A stretch of DNA of 64,000 nt from Eledone cirrhosa (GCA_964016885.1 OZ024747.1:36518001-36582000); one strand, 5' to 3'; shown: positions 13,085-28,135, numbered from the stretch's first letter. Made by a program: numbers and translations. The notes: a model not told the origin generated them from the letters alone.

Positions 13085-13166
13085 CATCTATATTAAAACT
13101 GTTATACTCTGCTATGTATTGAGTACCTTACTTACTGTGGTTACCTCCGATTCAACCCGGAATAAC

Positions 13167-13210
<44 letters not shown>

Positions 13211-13254
13211 CCACTGTCAATAGATTGGTTCTCTAACCACTCAGCCACACGCCT

Positions 13255-13470
<216 letters not shown>

Positions 13471-13587
13471 AGGCGTGTGGCTGAGTGGTTAGAGAATAGA
13501 AGTATATATCAAATATATACTTATCCTTATCGAGCCCTCTTTGCATTTTAGTCTTGAAATTTATTCTTATTACTGTATATATGTGAA

Positions 13588-13703
13588 GGCGTGTGGCTGA
13601 GTGGTTAGAGAATTGGATTCGCAATCGTAAGGTTGTGAGTTCGATTCCTGGACCAGGCGATGTGTTAAGTCCTTGAGCAAGACACTTTATTTCACTTTGC
13701 TCC
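13588..13703 (+). mobile_element. tRNA-derived SINE head plus core, 3' truncated
   Basis: Pol III A box TGGCTGAGTGG and B box GTTCGATTCC, followed by the SINE core gtccttgagcaagacacttt. Confidence 0.8.
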
Positions 13704-14034
13704 TTCTACCTGGAGTTGCGACCGATAGATAGTATTAGCAATTGGGAAGACCAACGGAAACATTGTTCCCTCGGTCCGATTTGACGAAACTCGATCGTCT
13801 TTCTCTATATATATATATAGCTAGAGAGAGCGAGAGAGAGAGAGAGAGGGAGGGAGATAGATCTGATCTTTTGATTTTAACTGATATGTAAATGAGTACT
13901 CAATACCGAAATAGATATCAAATATTGATTATTATTATTAGGTGAAGTTCCAGAATGAAAAGACTCATCGCTTATCCATAATATATGGCTGGGTTGTAAG
14001 AGATTTTTTGAGATCTAAATTGAGGTAAAACTCC

Positions 14035-14345
14035 GTCCTAATGGGAGATTCCAATGCAAATATTGGCACCGGTTACCTGACATGGAAACAGTGATTGAAA
14101 GGACGAGGATTCCAATGGAAATACGAACGGAGCATTGTTATTAGACTGCGGTGCAAGTAATATTTCCCTATTATAAACACCTTCCATCACAAAAGATTCC
14201 ATAGGTATTTTTGGTATGAGAAATATCAATGTCAGATTTCAATAATTGACATTTTCTAAATATATTCTGATCGCTTTGATTCTGTCTTGTTAAGAAATCA
14301 GCTTAAATCTCAACTGATCATCATCTGCTTATTTGCAATCTGAGA
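14035..14345 (+). pseudogene. Degenerate LINE AP-endonuclease fragment
   Basis: Broken-frame motifs LMGDSNANIG, NTNGALLL, INTF, STDHHLL. Confidence 0.6.
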
Positions 14346-15560
14346 CTAACTAAAGTCAAGAAATTTCACAAACATCGAGCTTGACGGGTGCAGCTCCACA
14401 TACTGGCAGATGAGGAGTTCAAGACCAACTATGTACAAAATATTGCATCCAACTTCAGAACAGCTTTTGCCAATAATTAGTACACTTTGATTGCATATAT
14501 TTCGGATTTTAATTACCATAAATATACGTTTAAAATTATCGATTTTGTTTTCCAAATGACAAAATATATCCGTGAAATATTTTTTTTATACCTCCTATTT
14601 TATTATAAATCTGGTAAATATTCTCTAAATAAATGAGTTATTTGATTTAATAGATTGGTTCTCTTCCGGCAGACATATTCAGAGTTCAAATCTTGTTAGT
14701 TATCATATCTCTATGAATTTGGAACTAATATAATGCGTCTGGAAGTTTATGATTGTTCTATAACGCTCACGTGAATTCATAATATTATACGTATGATTTT
14801 TATTTTATTTTTCTTCTTTATTCCCGACTGAAGTATAATTCATTAAACATGTTGTTATCATGCTAAATCATTTTGAATACTTACAAAATATATTTAGTGG
14901 AACAAACTGAAAAATATTAGATCTTCATGTATAAGTAATTGACTAATTGAGCAAACATATTCCAATTTTTAGTTAAATTTGTTTCATTTTTATCCCTTTA
15001 TGTATACCAGAATATTTTTTCTTCGTATTTATGTTGTGGTTATTCTCATTGTATTTAAAACAAATAGCTCACAAATACCATATATATCCACCAAAGTTTG
15101 GTGGAACAAACTCAAATATATTCCGGAACAAATATTGGTTTTTCATGCGAGTAACTTTCAATTATTTTGTAATTTGCCAAGATATTCGCGAAGGTTAATT
15201 CGAAAATCTGAGAGATCGTATATATAGATTTATGAAATAATTAATTTTAATAAAGTTAAGATCGACAACCCCGAGGTAGATTCAAGTATCTGATTATTTT
15301 AATATATCAAGTATCTGATTATTTTAATATTTTGATTTTTGTTTTCATTCGTGAAAAATACCAATTTCAAATGCAGTAATTTAATATATTGCTGAGGGCT
15401 ATAGACAGTCAGCTAATATTAACTATATAATCTGCATTATAAACATAGATTATACAATAAAATCCAATAAAATGTTATATTTTCTTAGAAAATTACTTTG
15501 TACATCATACACTTTCCCCCAGTTTCTGTATTCTCAAACTTAGCTTCACTCCTTTACCTA

Positions 15561-15781
15561 CGAGGGTCGGCTGAAATGTTCATAAGATGTAAAGTTCGTA
15601 GGCTGACAAACATACTCTCATGGAATGACCGAATGAGATCTATTTTTCAACATGGTTCCAGGGGAAAAGTAATGGAGTTATTAATAAGATGTGTTGAAAT
15701 TAATGCATGCAATATTTCACATTTCACAGCACTAGGATCAATTTTTCATAGATAGCCTATGAACTTTTCAGCTGACACTAG
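15561..15781. mobile_element. Tc1/mariner-type MITE
   Basis: TA|cgagggtcggctgaaatgttcata ... tatgaacttttcagctgacactag|TA: imperfect ~24-bp TIRs with a TA duplication. Confidence 0.75.
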
Positions 15782-18239
15782 TACATCTTTTCTACTGTAT
15801 GAATGAAATATGTCGATATGATTTCAACAAGAATACCTGGAGGCATCCACTAACAATTTTGCTCTTTGAATTCAAGTAAATAATGTTCGGAAATGCCAAA
15901 CGTTTTAATATCCTAAATTTCCCACTCAGACAGACACGAAACTTCTTGGAACCATTGGTATAAGAATTGGATCTTTCAACTATCTTCAAAGAAAACTTAT
16001 ATGGGACCCTTTCTCCTTTACGTTTCGCACAGGCCAATGGAAAAAACAACAACGGAAGGACAAACAGTTCCATCTCCTCAGTCAACCTCTGGAAACCACT
16101 ACGGGTTTGATGGTTTTAAAGGGTGATACCATTTGTTCCAGTGCACATTGGGACATAACAATACAGGTAGGGATAAGTTCTGCATTTATACAAATTATAC
16201 AACTAAAGAGTGTTTAAAAGCTTAACCAAAGAAGAGAAAAATAGAAAGGAGAGAAATAATAAAACAGATAACAGTAAGGACTGTTGTCCAATGTGAAGAG
16301 AAAGGACACTTATCACAGAAAAGGTAAGAAGAGAGAACAATGGAAAACAAGCCGGGCGGTCTGATGTCTACTATATGATAGTTTCTAAAAACCCTGCATG
16401 GGTACGTCTTTAGAATATAAATTCAAAATAGGGAGTGCACAATGGTTTCAGTAATTAAGGTTGATACCGCACACTGGGACATAACAAATCAGGTATATAT
16501 CTGTATATATATATATATATATACACACAGATACACACAAACACACACACTGACCCCCCCCCCACGCACACACACTGACACCCCCCACCCCCACCCACAC
16601 ACACACACATATATAGCATTAATACTTACTTCTATATATGCATACATTTATTTAGTTGTGCATATTTTACGTTTCTTTTGCTGTGTTGTAGAATAGCAAA
16701 TGCCGGATGTGAAACCAGAAATTACCAAACAGTATCTATCGTTGGAGAAATACACCAGCTAATATTATGGTGAAAAGGAAAGTTTGGGAAACGTGACAAA
16801 ATCAAAATCGCTTGTTCCCAATATTTGTTTTAATGTGCCTAATTAAGGAATCGATTTAAACTGACAAGAATATAGACAAAGAAAAAGCACTCAACTTTCA
16901 ACCTGGACGGAAATAGAATTGGGGTTACTGTAAAAACGTTCGAAGAGGATATAAATTATTCAAAATTTTGAAGTAGAATATGAATATTTCAGAATTCGAT
17001 TTAATGCATAATGAACAAACAGATATATAGGTGATATTATGTTACCAGAAGAAGCTATATAAAATGAGAATTAGTTTAGGTGAGGAGCTTGGTGTAAATT
17101 TCAATTTCTAGACATAATTATATATTTTTGGGAGCCATATATTTTAACATTCCTGGGGATGGGATGTATATATTTTAGCGAAATTAACGAAAAATGGAGA
17201 GCTCGAATCACAAATTCCCTTCTGTATTTGGCTGACAAAATAAATATTTGCGATGAAATTTACTACACGCTAGGCACACGGATGTGATGACCTATAACAT
17301 ATCAACTTAACACGCTTATGCCATTTGTTCCAGATGAAATTATCCCATTAACTACACTATATTAAGCCATCTATTATTAAATTTTCCAAACGATGTTTGA
17401 TATTAAAAGTATAAGCTGTATTCCAAGGGAGTTTAACACACAAGTAGAAACTACATCACATACATTGATGATGATATCTTGATAGAGTCTGTTTGCCTAT
17501 TGACTGATTTCGGGATGAAGAAATGCAGCACAGATCATAGAACTGTCTTCTTTTTTGTACGGAGCACAGTTAATGTATAGTACATGGGTGTCTACAAACT
17601 TTCTTCACATTCCTACGTTACACAAATATTATATACACGCACTGATCCACACGCTTATATACACACATATATCTCACACGTAAATATAAATAGACACACA
17701 CACATACATACACACTTACACAAGTACACACACATCACAGCGCAACAAATATATACGCCCTCATACAACATAGATATTCACACACGCGCGCACGATACCG
17801 AGTGCCCACTCTCTAAAACATACACACAGGCATATCAGACACACACCCACACAATATAACACTCAGGGTCACATAATTCTCCTTATCCGCAAACATAACA
17901 TCGCCAACGATAAGCACGGACGCTCTCCAACCACTTATGTACCCAACATGTTCAACTACTTGTATCCTGATATACCCCTTTTTTTCCTTCGATTTTCCAC
18001 CATCCTGTTTCTAAAAAGTTTTACGTTTTCCTTTTTCTATTCCTACAAACGCGAAATTATGGGCATGTACTCATATAAAGCAAGATTGTATATAGCAGTA
18101 ATTATTTCTGTTTGGTTGTGTAAAATATTGTCTAGATAATTCTAATAGGATGTAGGCGAGCGTATCATTGTGCGTCCGATATTTCTTTCTTGTGTATAAT
18201 TTTAGCAGAGCAAAGTCTAAGTTTGAACTTATATGTTTG

Positions 18240-18270
<31 letters not shown>

Positions 18271-18374
18271 TACACACACGAACACACACACCAACACATA
18301 CAAGAACACACACACGAACACACACACGTACACACACACGAACACACACACGAACACACACACACACGCGCGGG

Positions 18375-18425
<51 letters not shown>

Positions 18426-18444
18426 GCTCACCGACATCCAGGGT

Positions 18445-18645
18445 TGACATTGCACTCAGTGCTCCTGTGGGAGCCCCTACATGGACACACTAGAAGAGGA
18501 AAACCAAGGTTAACGTATGTTGATGCCCTAAGGACAGACACTGGTCTGTTGGAGACGCAGGACATGGCAGCTATAATGAGGGACAGGGACCGGTGGAGAG
18601 AACTCGTCCATGGATCTCGGGAATTTTACCCGCCTTAAATAGATA
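18445..18645 (+). mobile_element. 3' fragment of an RTE-type LINE
   Basis: VLLWEPLHGHTRRGKPRLTYVDALRTDTG...IMRDRDRWRELV is the typical RTE ORF C-terminus; a short tandem tail follows. Confidence 0.8.
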
Positions 18646-18650
18646 GATAC

Positions 18651-18688
<38 letters not shown>

Positions 18689-19629
18689 GGGGACATCATG
18701 GTCTAAACTACCACACTTAATCTACGTATAGAGCTATAGATTTGTGAATGATCGGTGGCAAAGCATAAAGAATTGTAAGGCATTAAATGAGATAAGAACC
18801 TTATTCCATATTTTTCTTTGGTTATATATGTGCGTGTGAGTGTGTGTGTATATACATGTGTGTGTGTGTCTGTGTATTTCTTTCTCAATGCGTCTATATA
18901 TGTGTGTACAACACGCTTATTAAAAGTTTTGATTTTAGTAGTAATCGTATAAGGAAATCTGAAGTCAATGAATTTCTGCAGATTACTATAGAAATGTCTC
19001 AATGATTGATGATTTTATATTTCAAATGTTGAGACTATGATATAATGAGTTATAGGTATGATCGATGAGTTGATATGACGGACTTCGTGTGATAAATGCC
19101 TGATACAGACAAAAGATGCATTGAAAATCAAAATGGCTGAAAGAAAGGTCACTGTAAATAGAAGCAATCGATTATGTTTGAAAGATAGTTTTAAAATTGC
19201 AGCTGATGCAACATTGACAATGTCTGTGTATAATATGATAATTACAAAAGCTAGAATATTAATATTATTACTTATTAATTGTATTTTATATAGGAACTTC
19301 CGTCTTGTATTCGATGACTAGTACAATACAAAACACTACTAGACATTTACTTACAAAATATCTATGATTATTTTTCTAAAGCGTGTTGGGAGCTGGCACT
19401 GTGACTGATAAGCGATCGAAATATAATTAGTAATATGAGGGCTGATGGTTGTGACTTCGTTGGGTCTAACTTCGAGGGTCTAACTTTGCTTATAATTGAC
19501 AATTTGAAACTTATATGAATAGTCAGTTATTTTAATCAAACATGAATGCATTACTAGGAATTATTGAACAGATCTCAAAACATTAGATACAAACACAATT
19601 TAACTTCAAAACTGTGATCATCACTCAAA

Positions 19630-19835
19630 TTAAAATAGTTGCACAAGGCTAAAAATGTTGGGGAGGGAAAGCCGATTAAATCGACCTTAGTGCATTACTA
19701 ATACTTTTTGTTATCGACCCAGTAATAACGAAAGGCAAAGGTAATTTCGATAACACATCAGAACCTAAATGAACTTAACTGTATGCCACAAAGCACTTTG
19801 TGCAACGCTCTACTGATACTGTCCCTTCACCATCC
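19630..19835 (-). mobile_element. SINE (family of 21938-22187), diverged
   Basis: gcacaagg...ggggaggg...tcgacc...ttatcgaccc...gaaaggcaaag is the reverse complement of the family body and tail. Confidence 0.75.
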
Positions 19836-20156
19836 TATTCAAATAAAATAATAAAATAATTTCCGCGAATTGTTTACGCAATGAAATAAGAGATGAAATT
19901 GTTAGGCATTGTGGCTACCCAGAAATGAAATAATGCATCATATTGCCAAATACCACAGTATCATAACCACAGTAAATTTGAAAAGGATCATGTAAGTTTC
20001 TTTAATGTATGTTGAAATTTGTATCGTTAATAAAAAGCAAAGATTTGGAATCTGCAAACTTCGAGTGTTTCTATATCGAGATATTGACGTCTCTATAAAA
20101 ATGCTGTTATCTGTAGATAAATGACGGTGGGATGCAAGACACACACACCACACATG

Positions 20157-20232
<76 letters not shown>

Positions 20233-20233
20233 A

Positions 20234-20284
<51 letters not shown>

Positions 20285-20781
20285 TGTGTATATAATAAAA
20301 GTGTGTTCCCGCATGTAAACAATACACATAGGGATACAAGTATAGTCCGACCGTATGCAAGTGTGGTTCAATGGCAAGTTAATAAATTAACAAGACAGAA
20401 CATATAAAATGAAGGGAAAGCAAATAAAAAAATAAATGTTATAATAAATTTCAAAAAATTCACTGTACTTACTATATGTGCCTTTACCGCGGTTTCAGAT
20501 CCCAAAACAAATAGATAATCCAAGCGGATTTCCATATATTTATATATATATATACATATATGAAAAATATCAAAACATGGCGTGCTGCGTGGTTGCAAAT
20601 GGGTTACATATGAATAAATTTAGTCCTTCATCAGTGATCTTCCAGCCTTCATTGGTATTTCATCGCTTTAAAGACCATTATACCTCTGGTTGGTGCGAGC
20701 AACGGCTAAAGAAAGTCGTTGGGATACGTAAATAGAATATAATATATATATATATAAATACATATCTACATACATATATGA

Positions 20782-21095
20782 TGGTTAGCCCCTCGTTATC
20801 GAGTATGGCCATTGCACCATAAACTATTATTAATAATTATTAATTAATTCCTTCGGGCAATGCCTTCTGTTCGTGAAGATATTTTTTTTAAAGCGAGGGA
20901 AGACTGTGCACTGAGCCAATCCCACTCTGTGAGCGACAGTAGCTATAACCTGAAAAGAAGAAAAGATCAACATCATCGGTACCTACTGAGCCGCAGGTTT
21001 TATATCGGAGTTATCCCAGTTTCCTGAGTAGCCTTCTCCTAGAAGAATGCCCTGACAAAGGCTAGGGTTCCTTCACTCCCAGTGGTTTAACCGCG
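20782..21095 (-). mobile_element. Short retroposon, probably RTE-derived
   Basis: Minus-strand 3' end tggccatactcgataacgaggggctaaccat resembles tggccgtactcgaaaacgggttggcagccaccat at 51144-51176. Confidence 0.45.
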
Positions 21096-21175
21096 TGATC
21101 GGGTGTCCATCCCGACTATTTCTATGTCCCCGCGCATATACATACATATATACATGTATATATACATGTATACAT

Positions 21176-21936
<761 letters not shown>

Positions 21937-21937
21937 C

Positions 21938-22144
21938 ATGGATTGACAGTATCAGTAGAGGATCGGACTCCATGCTTTGCAGCAAAGAGTTACGGCCCTT
22001 TATGGTTAGAGTTGGAATCCCGCCGAGGTTAACTTTGCCTTTCATTCTTCCGGGATTCATAAAATAAAGTACCAGTAAACTGGGGTCGATTTCATCGACT
22101 TTCCCCTCCCCAAAAATTGCTGGCCTTGTGCCTATATAAGAAAC

Positions 22145-22187
<43 letters not shown>
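21938..22187 (+). mobile_element. SINE with (ATT)n tail
   Basis: B-box-like gagttggaatcc, core aactttgcctttcat...aaaataaagtaccag...tggggtcgat, and tail ccttgtgcctatataagaaacc(att)14. Confidence 0.88.
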
Positions 22188-22409
22188 GTTAGTGAAACCA
22201 CGCTTCTTATCGCCTCCAGTCTTTTTCAACGTTTTACCTCTTTTTCAACCGTTCTAAACCTTTTATTCAAGTTTTAAATTTGATAAAAGTTTAGAAGAAG
22301 TGACCCACCTAATACAGGGGTTCACTAGTAAATAATACGGCACCCCTTTACGGGGTGTCGTATTCGTATTCGTATTTGTGTAAAAATATTTTTTTTGAAA
22401 AATTTCAAC

Positions 22410-24398
22410 ATGGTTAACACAAGAAAGAGAGAGAGCGCTGTCAGACAACACAGAAAGAGAGGGAGACTTTATCAGCATGTCAACAAGACAGCGTTCCAGC
22501 GGAGGTAAATATAAACGAAAATATTACAAAGGAAAAAAAGATTGTTACAGATTTAAAATCACCAAATATTTCTAACACAAACAACACCAACAATAACACC
22601 AACAACATCACCAACAACAACACCAAAAATAACAGTGGTAAAGTCGAGAACGACAATAACAAAAATAACAGCGGTAAGGTCGAGAACGACAATAACAATG
22701 ACAATAACAACAGCCACAAAAACAATAATAGTAGGAACAGTATCAACAAAAACAATAATAACAACATCCACAATAACAGTAATAGCAGCAACAGTATCAA
22801 CGAAAACAACACCAACAACTGTACCAGCGAAAACAACAACAATGACTCCGATACCTGTAATAGCGACCTCAGCACCACCAGTAAGACCAGTATCGGCAGC
22901 AATAGTGGTGCTGCTGAAAAAGGGACCATTTCTTTTGCAGGTGTCGCCCGAAATATCGAGACAGTGTTAGTCACAGAGGAGGAGATGGCAGTCGCAAGGG
23001 CCATGGTGACAAGAAGCGCAAATAGAGTTTCCCTGAAACCTCCACCCGATATTTTCAAGGACCAGCAGTTACGGACGGTGACTACCGCACCGTAAGCAAA
23101 ATCTCACATCGAGTGGAGAGAGCCACGTAGGCTCAAATCCAACAGGCCTTGGGGTGCGTCTGGGCACGCAAAACCCACATCACCCGAGGCAGAAAGTATG
23201 CCACAGTAGACGTACTTTTCGCAACCCCCCAGGAAGCAAAGTCTCACTCTTTGGAAACCCTAAAGAGTGAGGATTTAGTCTTGGTGCCCTCCTACTGCGG
23301 GCAGAAAATTGTGTGGGTCAAAGTGACCCAGGTCCCACCCGACGTGCCTATACCTTGGCTGGCCGCGTCTGTCCTTGCTGGAATTGAGAACAGGGCGACC
23401 ATGCTGCAAGTAGAAAAATAGGGAGAGAGAACAGGTCAGGTATAGGCATGCAAATGCTTATACAAACTGACCAGGAATGTATCGAGGCTATCCCCGATAT
23501 CATAGACTTTGAGGAAGGACTCCAACTGCCTATAAGTGTAGAAGGAAGACGGCCAAAATGTTATCTCTGTGGCTCGAAAGGTCACATCAGGGCCTTTTTC
23601 CCGCAGAAGACACCGAAGAAGGCCCCTCTCCTTCCAATACCTGGTCCGCTGCTACCAAGAGCAGGACAGGCAACAAACGAAGAAGCCCCTTCCACGGTGA
23701 GTAGGAGGGCAACGTCCGTAGCACCCGTACCAAGGCCACGGATAACTAAAGCAGCAGCATCAGTAGCGGCAACACCAATAGCTACATTTGAAATAGCTAC
23801 ACCAGCAATAAAATTGCCGAAGAGGGCTCCACTACCATCACCAACAGCCGTGGAGCACGTACCCCTCATAGAATCCGACATGGAGTTTGAGGCGGGAGTG
23901 ACGTGGCAAACAGTCGCCACAAAAAACAAAAAAAAACCTTAGATTCACCCTCCAAAATCGAAGGCATACAAAGAGGGGTAAAGGCAGCAAGGAAACTTGC
24001 AGCAATACCACCACAAACACCAACAACGCAATCACAACAAGACACACACACTAAACAGCAACAAGAAGAAAACGGCAACAAAATCACACTCCCCCAAAAA
24101 GTACACAGCCATAAACATAACAAAAAAAGAACTCATAAAATATATAAAGCAGCACACAGACATCACGGAAAAAAACTACTACACCCCACCAACACCAAGA
24201 ACTCTCCCGACAAACATAAGCATCATCGAAATCTCAATAGAACAGTACAAACCTTTAAAACAAAAATTCCCCAACGCAGTTGGAGACTTCAGAGGGGCGG
24301 TTACCAAGAGGATATACACTGACATCCTCTTGGAAACACCCATGACCAGCGAAAGGGACGGTTCTTCTGTCCCTTCACCACACGAACAAGGTAAATGA
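22410..24398 (+). pseudogene. Tx1 ORF1, copy A: Asn-rich N-terminus, RRM-like region, CCHC knuckle, Pro/Thr linker, C-terminal domain; frameshifted
   Basis: VWARKTHITRGRKYATVDVLF; VEGRRPKCYLCGSKGHIRAF; TWQTVATKNKKK; homologous to ORF1 of copy B. Confidence 0.85.
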
Positions 24399-24430
24399 CC
24401 CTTTCTCATTTTCCCCGTTTCTCATCCAAC

Positions 24431-27400
24431 ATGGCTGTACTCAGAATAGGCAGTATAAATGCACGTCGCCTGGGGTCATTTTGGAAGCAGGGTCACCTGC
24501 TCAATGACCTCAGGTCACTAAACATAGATGTGGTGGCCATCAGTGAAACCAGAATCTCCGAAGCACGGGCCTTCGCACCGATCTTCGGCGGCTACGGTGT
24601 ATACGCATCTCCCAGCCGTCCAGGGTCGGGGGAGGGGTTGCCGTCCTTTTTCGGAGAGGCTTGGATCTCGCGATACGGGCCATCTTCCTGGACCCAGAAG
24701 GTAAGTCGGTGGTGCTGGATGTGACCGGCAGCGAAGGCAATGCTTTCAGGCTAGTAGCCGTCTACGCCCCAACAGGGGCAGGACGGCCAGATTTCTTCAG
24801 ACCTTTCTTGGAACGTCCCGCTCTTTAGTGTTAGTGGGCGACTGGAACGGTATCTTGGATGCACGCTGGTATCGTGTGGGGCTAGTGGATAGGGGAGGAG
24901 GGTGCAAGAGCCTCACCAACCTGCTCAGACGTTTTGAACTGTCTGACAGATATCGACTGGATCACCCGAACGTGCCAATGTGGACATGGACAAACCGCAT
25001 CGGCTCATCCAGATGGTAACTAGATAGGGTATTCTGCAGGGAACTAGATAAGGCTAGTATAAGTTGTCCACAATTTAAAATAGTCGACTACACAGACCAC
25101 AAATTTGTGATCTGTGAGATCGACATAGACAGACTTCATAGACAAGGGCCTGGTTATTGGAAGCTGAACGCGTCTTTCCCGGCGCGCAAGGCCTACACAG
25201 ACCGGATTAGCGTATTAGTTAAGCGGGCGTTGACGGAAGCGGACGTCAACAACAGGTGGTGGTTCCCCCTGAAAATGACAATTAAAGTAGAGTCGATTAG
25301 TGATAGAGGAAAATAGAGTAGAGGGAGAGCTAGTCAGAAAGCAAGAAGAGGCGTTTAGGACAGGCATCGCAACCGACGTGCTTGCGGCGAGATTGGCACT
25401 CGACCAATTCTTCAACGCAAAACACGAAGGCTGCGTTGTCAGAGCTAGAGCGCGTGCTCTGAAACACGAGGGGACAAAAGCCGTCCAATAGGCCCAGTGG
25501 CAGAGGCGTGACGTGGCAACAAAGCCACAATTCGGTATTTGCCTGACCAAACGTGATGCTCGAACGCGAGCGGATGTGTGAAGCTTTTCAGCAGCACTTT
25601 GCTGAACTGTTCGGGAGCGGCGGCGGCCCGGATTGGGGCATGGACTTCAGTGCATACCTCAACGGACTGCCTCGGCTCTCGACAACCGCAGCGCAGTGTT
25701 GCGAAAAGCCAATAACAGCCGGTGAAATACGGGAAGCGATGACTAACTGCACAAGAGGTAAATCGCCAGATTTAGATGGTCTGCCCTACGAGCTTTATGC
25801 ATTTATGCCAGACTTGTTCGGTGACCTCTTGGCAGACGTCTACTGCAACTGGCAGCAGAACGGGAGCATTCCCAGTTTTGTGAGCCGGGGAGCAGTGGCG
25901 ATGCTGAGAAAAGACCGAACAAGGGGGATGTTATTGATAATTTCAGGCCCATAACCCTGCTAAACGCAGAGTTCAAGATTTTGGCCAACGAGGTTGGCGC
26001 TTGTCGTCAAGGGTCAGGTGGGAGAGGCGCAGACATGCGCCATTCCCGACAGATGCATACACGACAACTTCCACCTCATGCGATACATCATAGAGAGGAT
26101 GGTTAAGGAACCTGGCAAGGGTGGGGCCCTGATCAACTTGGATCAATCCAAAGCATTCGATAGGGTCGACCATCGATACCTGGCGGCGGTCCTCGAGGCA
26201 GCCGGTTTCGGGCCCCTTTTCAGGCGTTGGATCGCAGCAATGTACAGCGACATCTGCTCAGTTGAGGGTGAACGGTCACCTGTCGCAGCCGTTCAGCATC
26301 ATGCGCTCAGTCTGCCAGGGTTGTCCCCTCTCGTCGCTCTTGTACGTATTGGCTCTCGAGCCGTTACTGCACAAACTGGGGGCGACGAGGGGCGTCCCAC
26401 GCGAACTAGGATGCGGGAACTCCGAGTCGGCTTACGCTGACGGCGTCACCAGACACGTCCAGAGGCTCGGCACCGCTCTCAAGGAATACGAAGCGGTGAC
26501 AGGAGCAAAGATAAAACAGGAAAAGTCGGTGGGCTTGCAGCTAGGCACCTGGAGAGGCAAGTCCATGCCGTTCGACAGCGTCGTGGGGCGTTGGACGGAC
26601 GGACCGGTTAAATTGCTCGGGGTCTGGTTCGTACTGGACCTCCAGATGTAGAAAAACTGGAACGAGGTGACGAGCAGGGTGGCCTCCTTCACCCAGAAAT
26701 GGGCTGAGAGGAAGATGTCCCTGAATAGCCAGGCGGAGGTGGAGAATGCGTACATCGCATCCGTCATCTGCTACCGCCTCACCGTCGTCCCTTGCTCCAG
26801 CCCAACTCTCACCAAAATGGAGCGCCTTCTCTTCCGCTTTTTGTGGAAGGGACGCGCTCCCATAGTCAGACGATCCATCTGCTGTCAACACCCGTTGCGT
26901 AGAGGACTGGGAATTCCATGGCTGATGATGCGCAAACATGCGCTGAGGCTGCGACATCTCTGGTGCTTCCTTGATGGTGAACGGGTGTGGTCGCCGTTCG
27001 CCAGGCACATTTTCCCACAGCTCGTCTCCTTGACGGAGCTGCAGTCCTGGGTATGAAAAAGACCGAGTGATAGCGCTTAGAAACTGGAATGTCTCCAGGC
27101 GCTCACTGCCCTCTCCCAGTTGGGCACCAGTATCGGTGGAACATCCACCTCGGCGTTCTATAGAGGACTAGTGGAGGGGAAGAGCGACGACATTCTCGGA
27201 GAGATCCTGGGCGTCGAAGAAGATCAGCTGTTTGCTCTCTTCCGGAGAACTTTCAGCCCGGGGCCTATGGATAACTTCCAAAAATCCCTGGCCTGGCAGT
27301 GTTACCGGGGAGCGCTGCCGGTTCGAAATAAGCTCTACAGGCACGGAAGTGCCGTCAGCCGAGCCTGTCCGAGATGCGCGCATAGCGACGAAACCGTTGT

Positions 27401-27782
27401 GCACGCACTCGTTCAGTGCCCGAGCATTGCTGACTTGTGGAGCTATGTCAAACAGTTGCTGTCGAGTGTGGGACTGATCCGGTTGTCGACTGAGTCCATT
27501 GTGCAGATGGTCTCGCCGTCTTCCTTTGCGGCGGAAGGGCAGGCGGTTTTCATCTGACTGGTGGCCATGACGAAAGAGATTGTGTGGTGGACAAGGTTAA
27601 AAGGATTAAAGACAAACACTTTCCTCTTCGGCGAATCCCTAATTAACTTTTTCAAGTTTCACTTGAAGAGGAAAATCAGGGTGGAGAGGCAAGTGCTGCT
27701 TTCTAGCAAGTTTGTTGAAAGGTGGGTGAATGTAGCGAGAATGGTCCGAGTGAACGGGCCCACTCTGAATATACGTCTGTAG
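24431..27782 (+). pseudogene. Tx1 ORF2, copy A: AP endonuclease, reverse transcriptase, C-terminal Zn finger; multiple stops and frameshifts
   Basis: SINAR, ISET, GDWN, TDH, PGYWKLN, KSP.LDGLPYE, LDQSKAFDRVDH, QGCPLS, YADG (decayed YADD), CPRC...ETVVHALVQC. Confidence 0.95.
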
Positions 27783-28074
27783 TTTGAGAGATGGAAACAT
27801 TGAGAGAAGGCGCTTGCCCTGGTAGTCAGGGTGGCCGTGGACTTTTGTGTGGTTTTCGCCACGAGTAACCCTCGGAGGTTTCCCCCCTATTGGGGAATTT
27901 TTCATTGTTTCAATTTTCATTTTATTGTTTATATATATATATATGTTTTATGTCTTTTTTTTTCTTTTCTTATATAAATAATAAAAATATTTACACGCAC
28001 AAAACCCAAATCGTACCGTCCTGTTCCGTCAGTGATGTTTTTCTTGATGTCAGCCCTTGTGGCCAATAAAGAAA

Positions 28075-28135
<61 letters not shown>

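Noticed and set aside
13588-13660. tRNA gene
   Set aside because: A and B boxes are present, but the acceptor and anticodon stems pair poorly and the sequence runs into a SINE core.
15790-17570. Possible host exons or an old coding remnant (repeated cac.tgggacataacaa..cag|gta at ~16145 and ~16472)
   Set aside because: No sustained ORF or recognisable protein motif; it cannot be supported without a homology search.
22480-23058. 192-aa Leu-rich membrane-like ORF on the minus strand
   Set aside because: Antisense shadow of the AAC/AAT-rich Tx1 ORF1 region.
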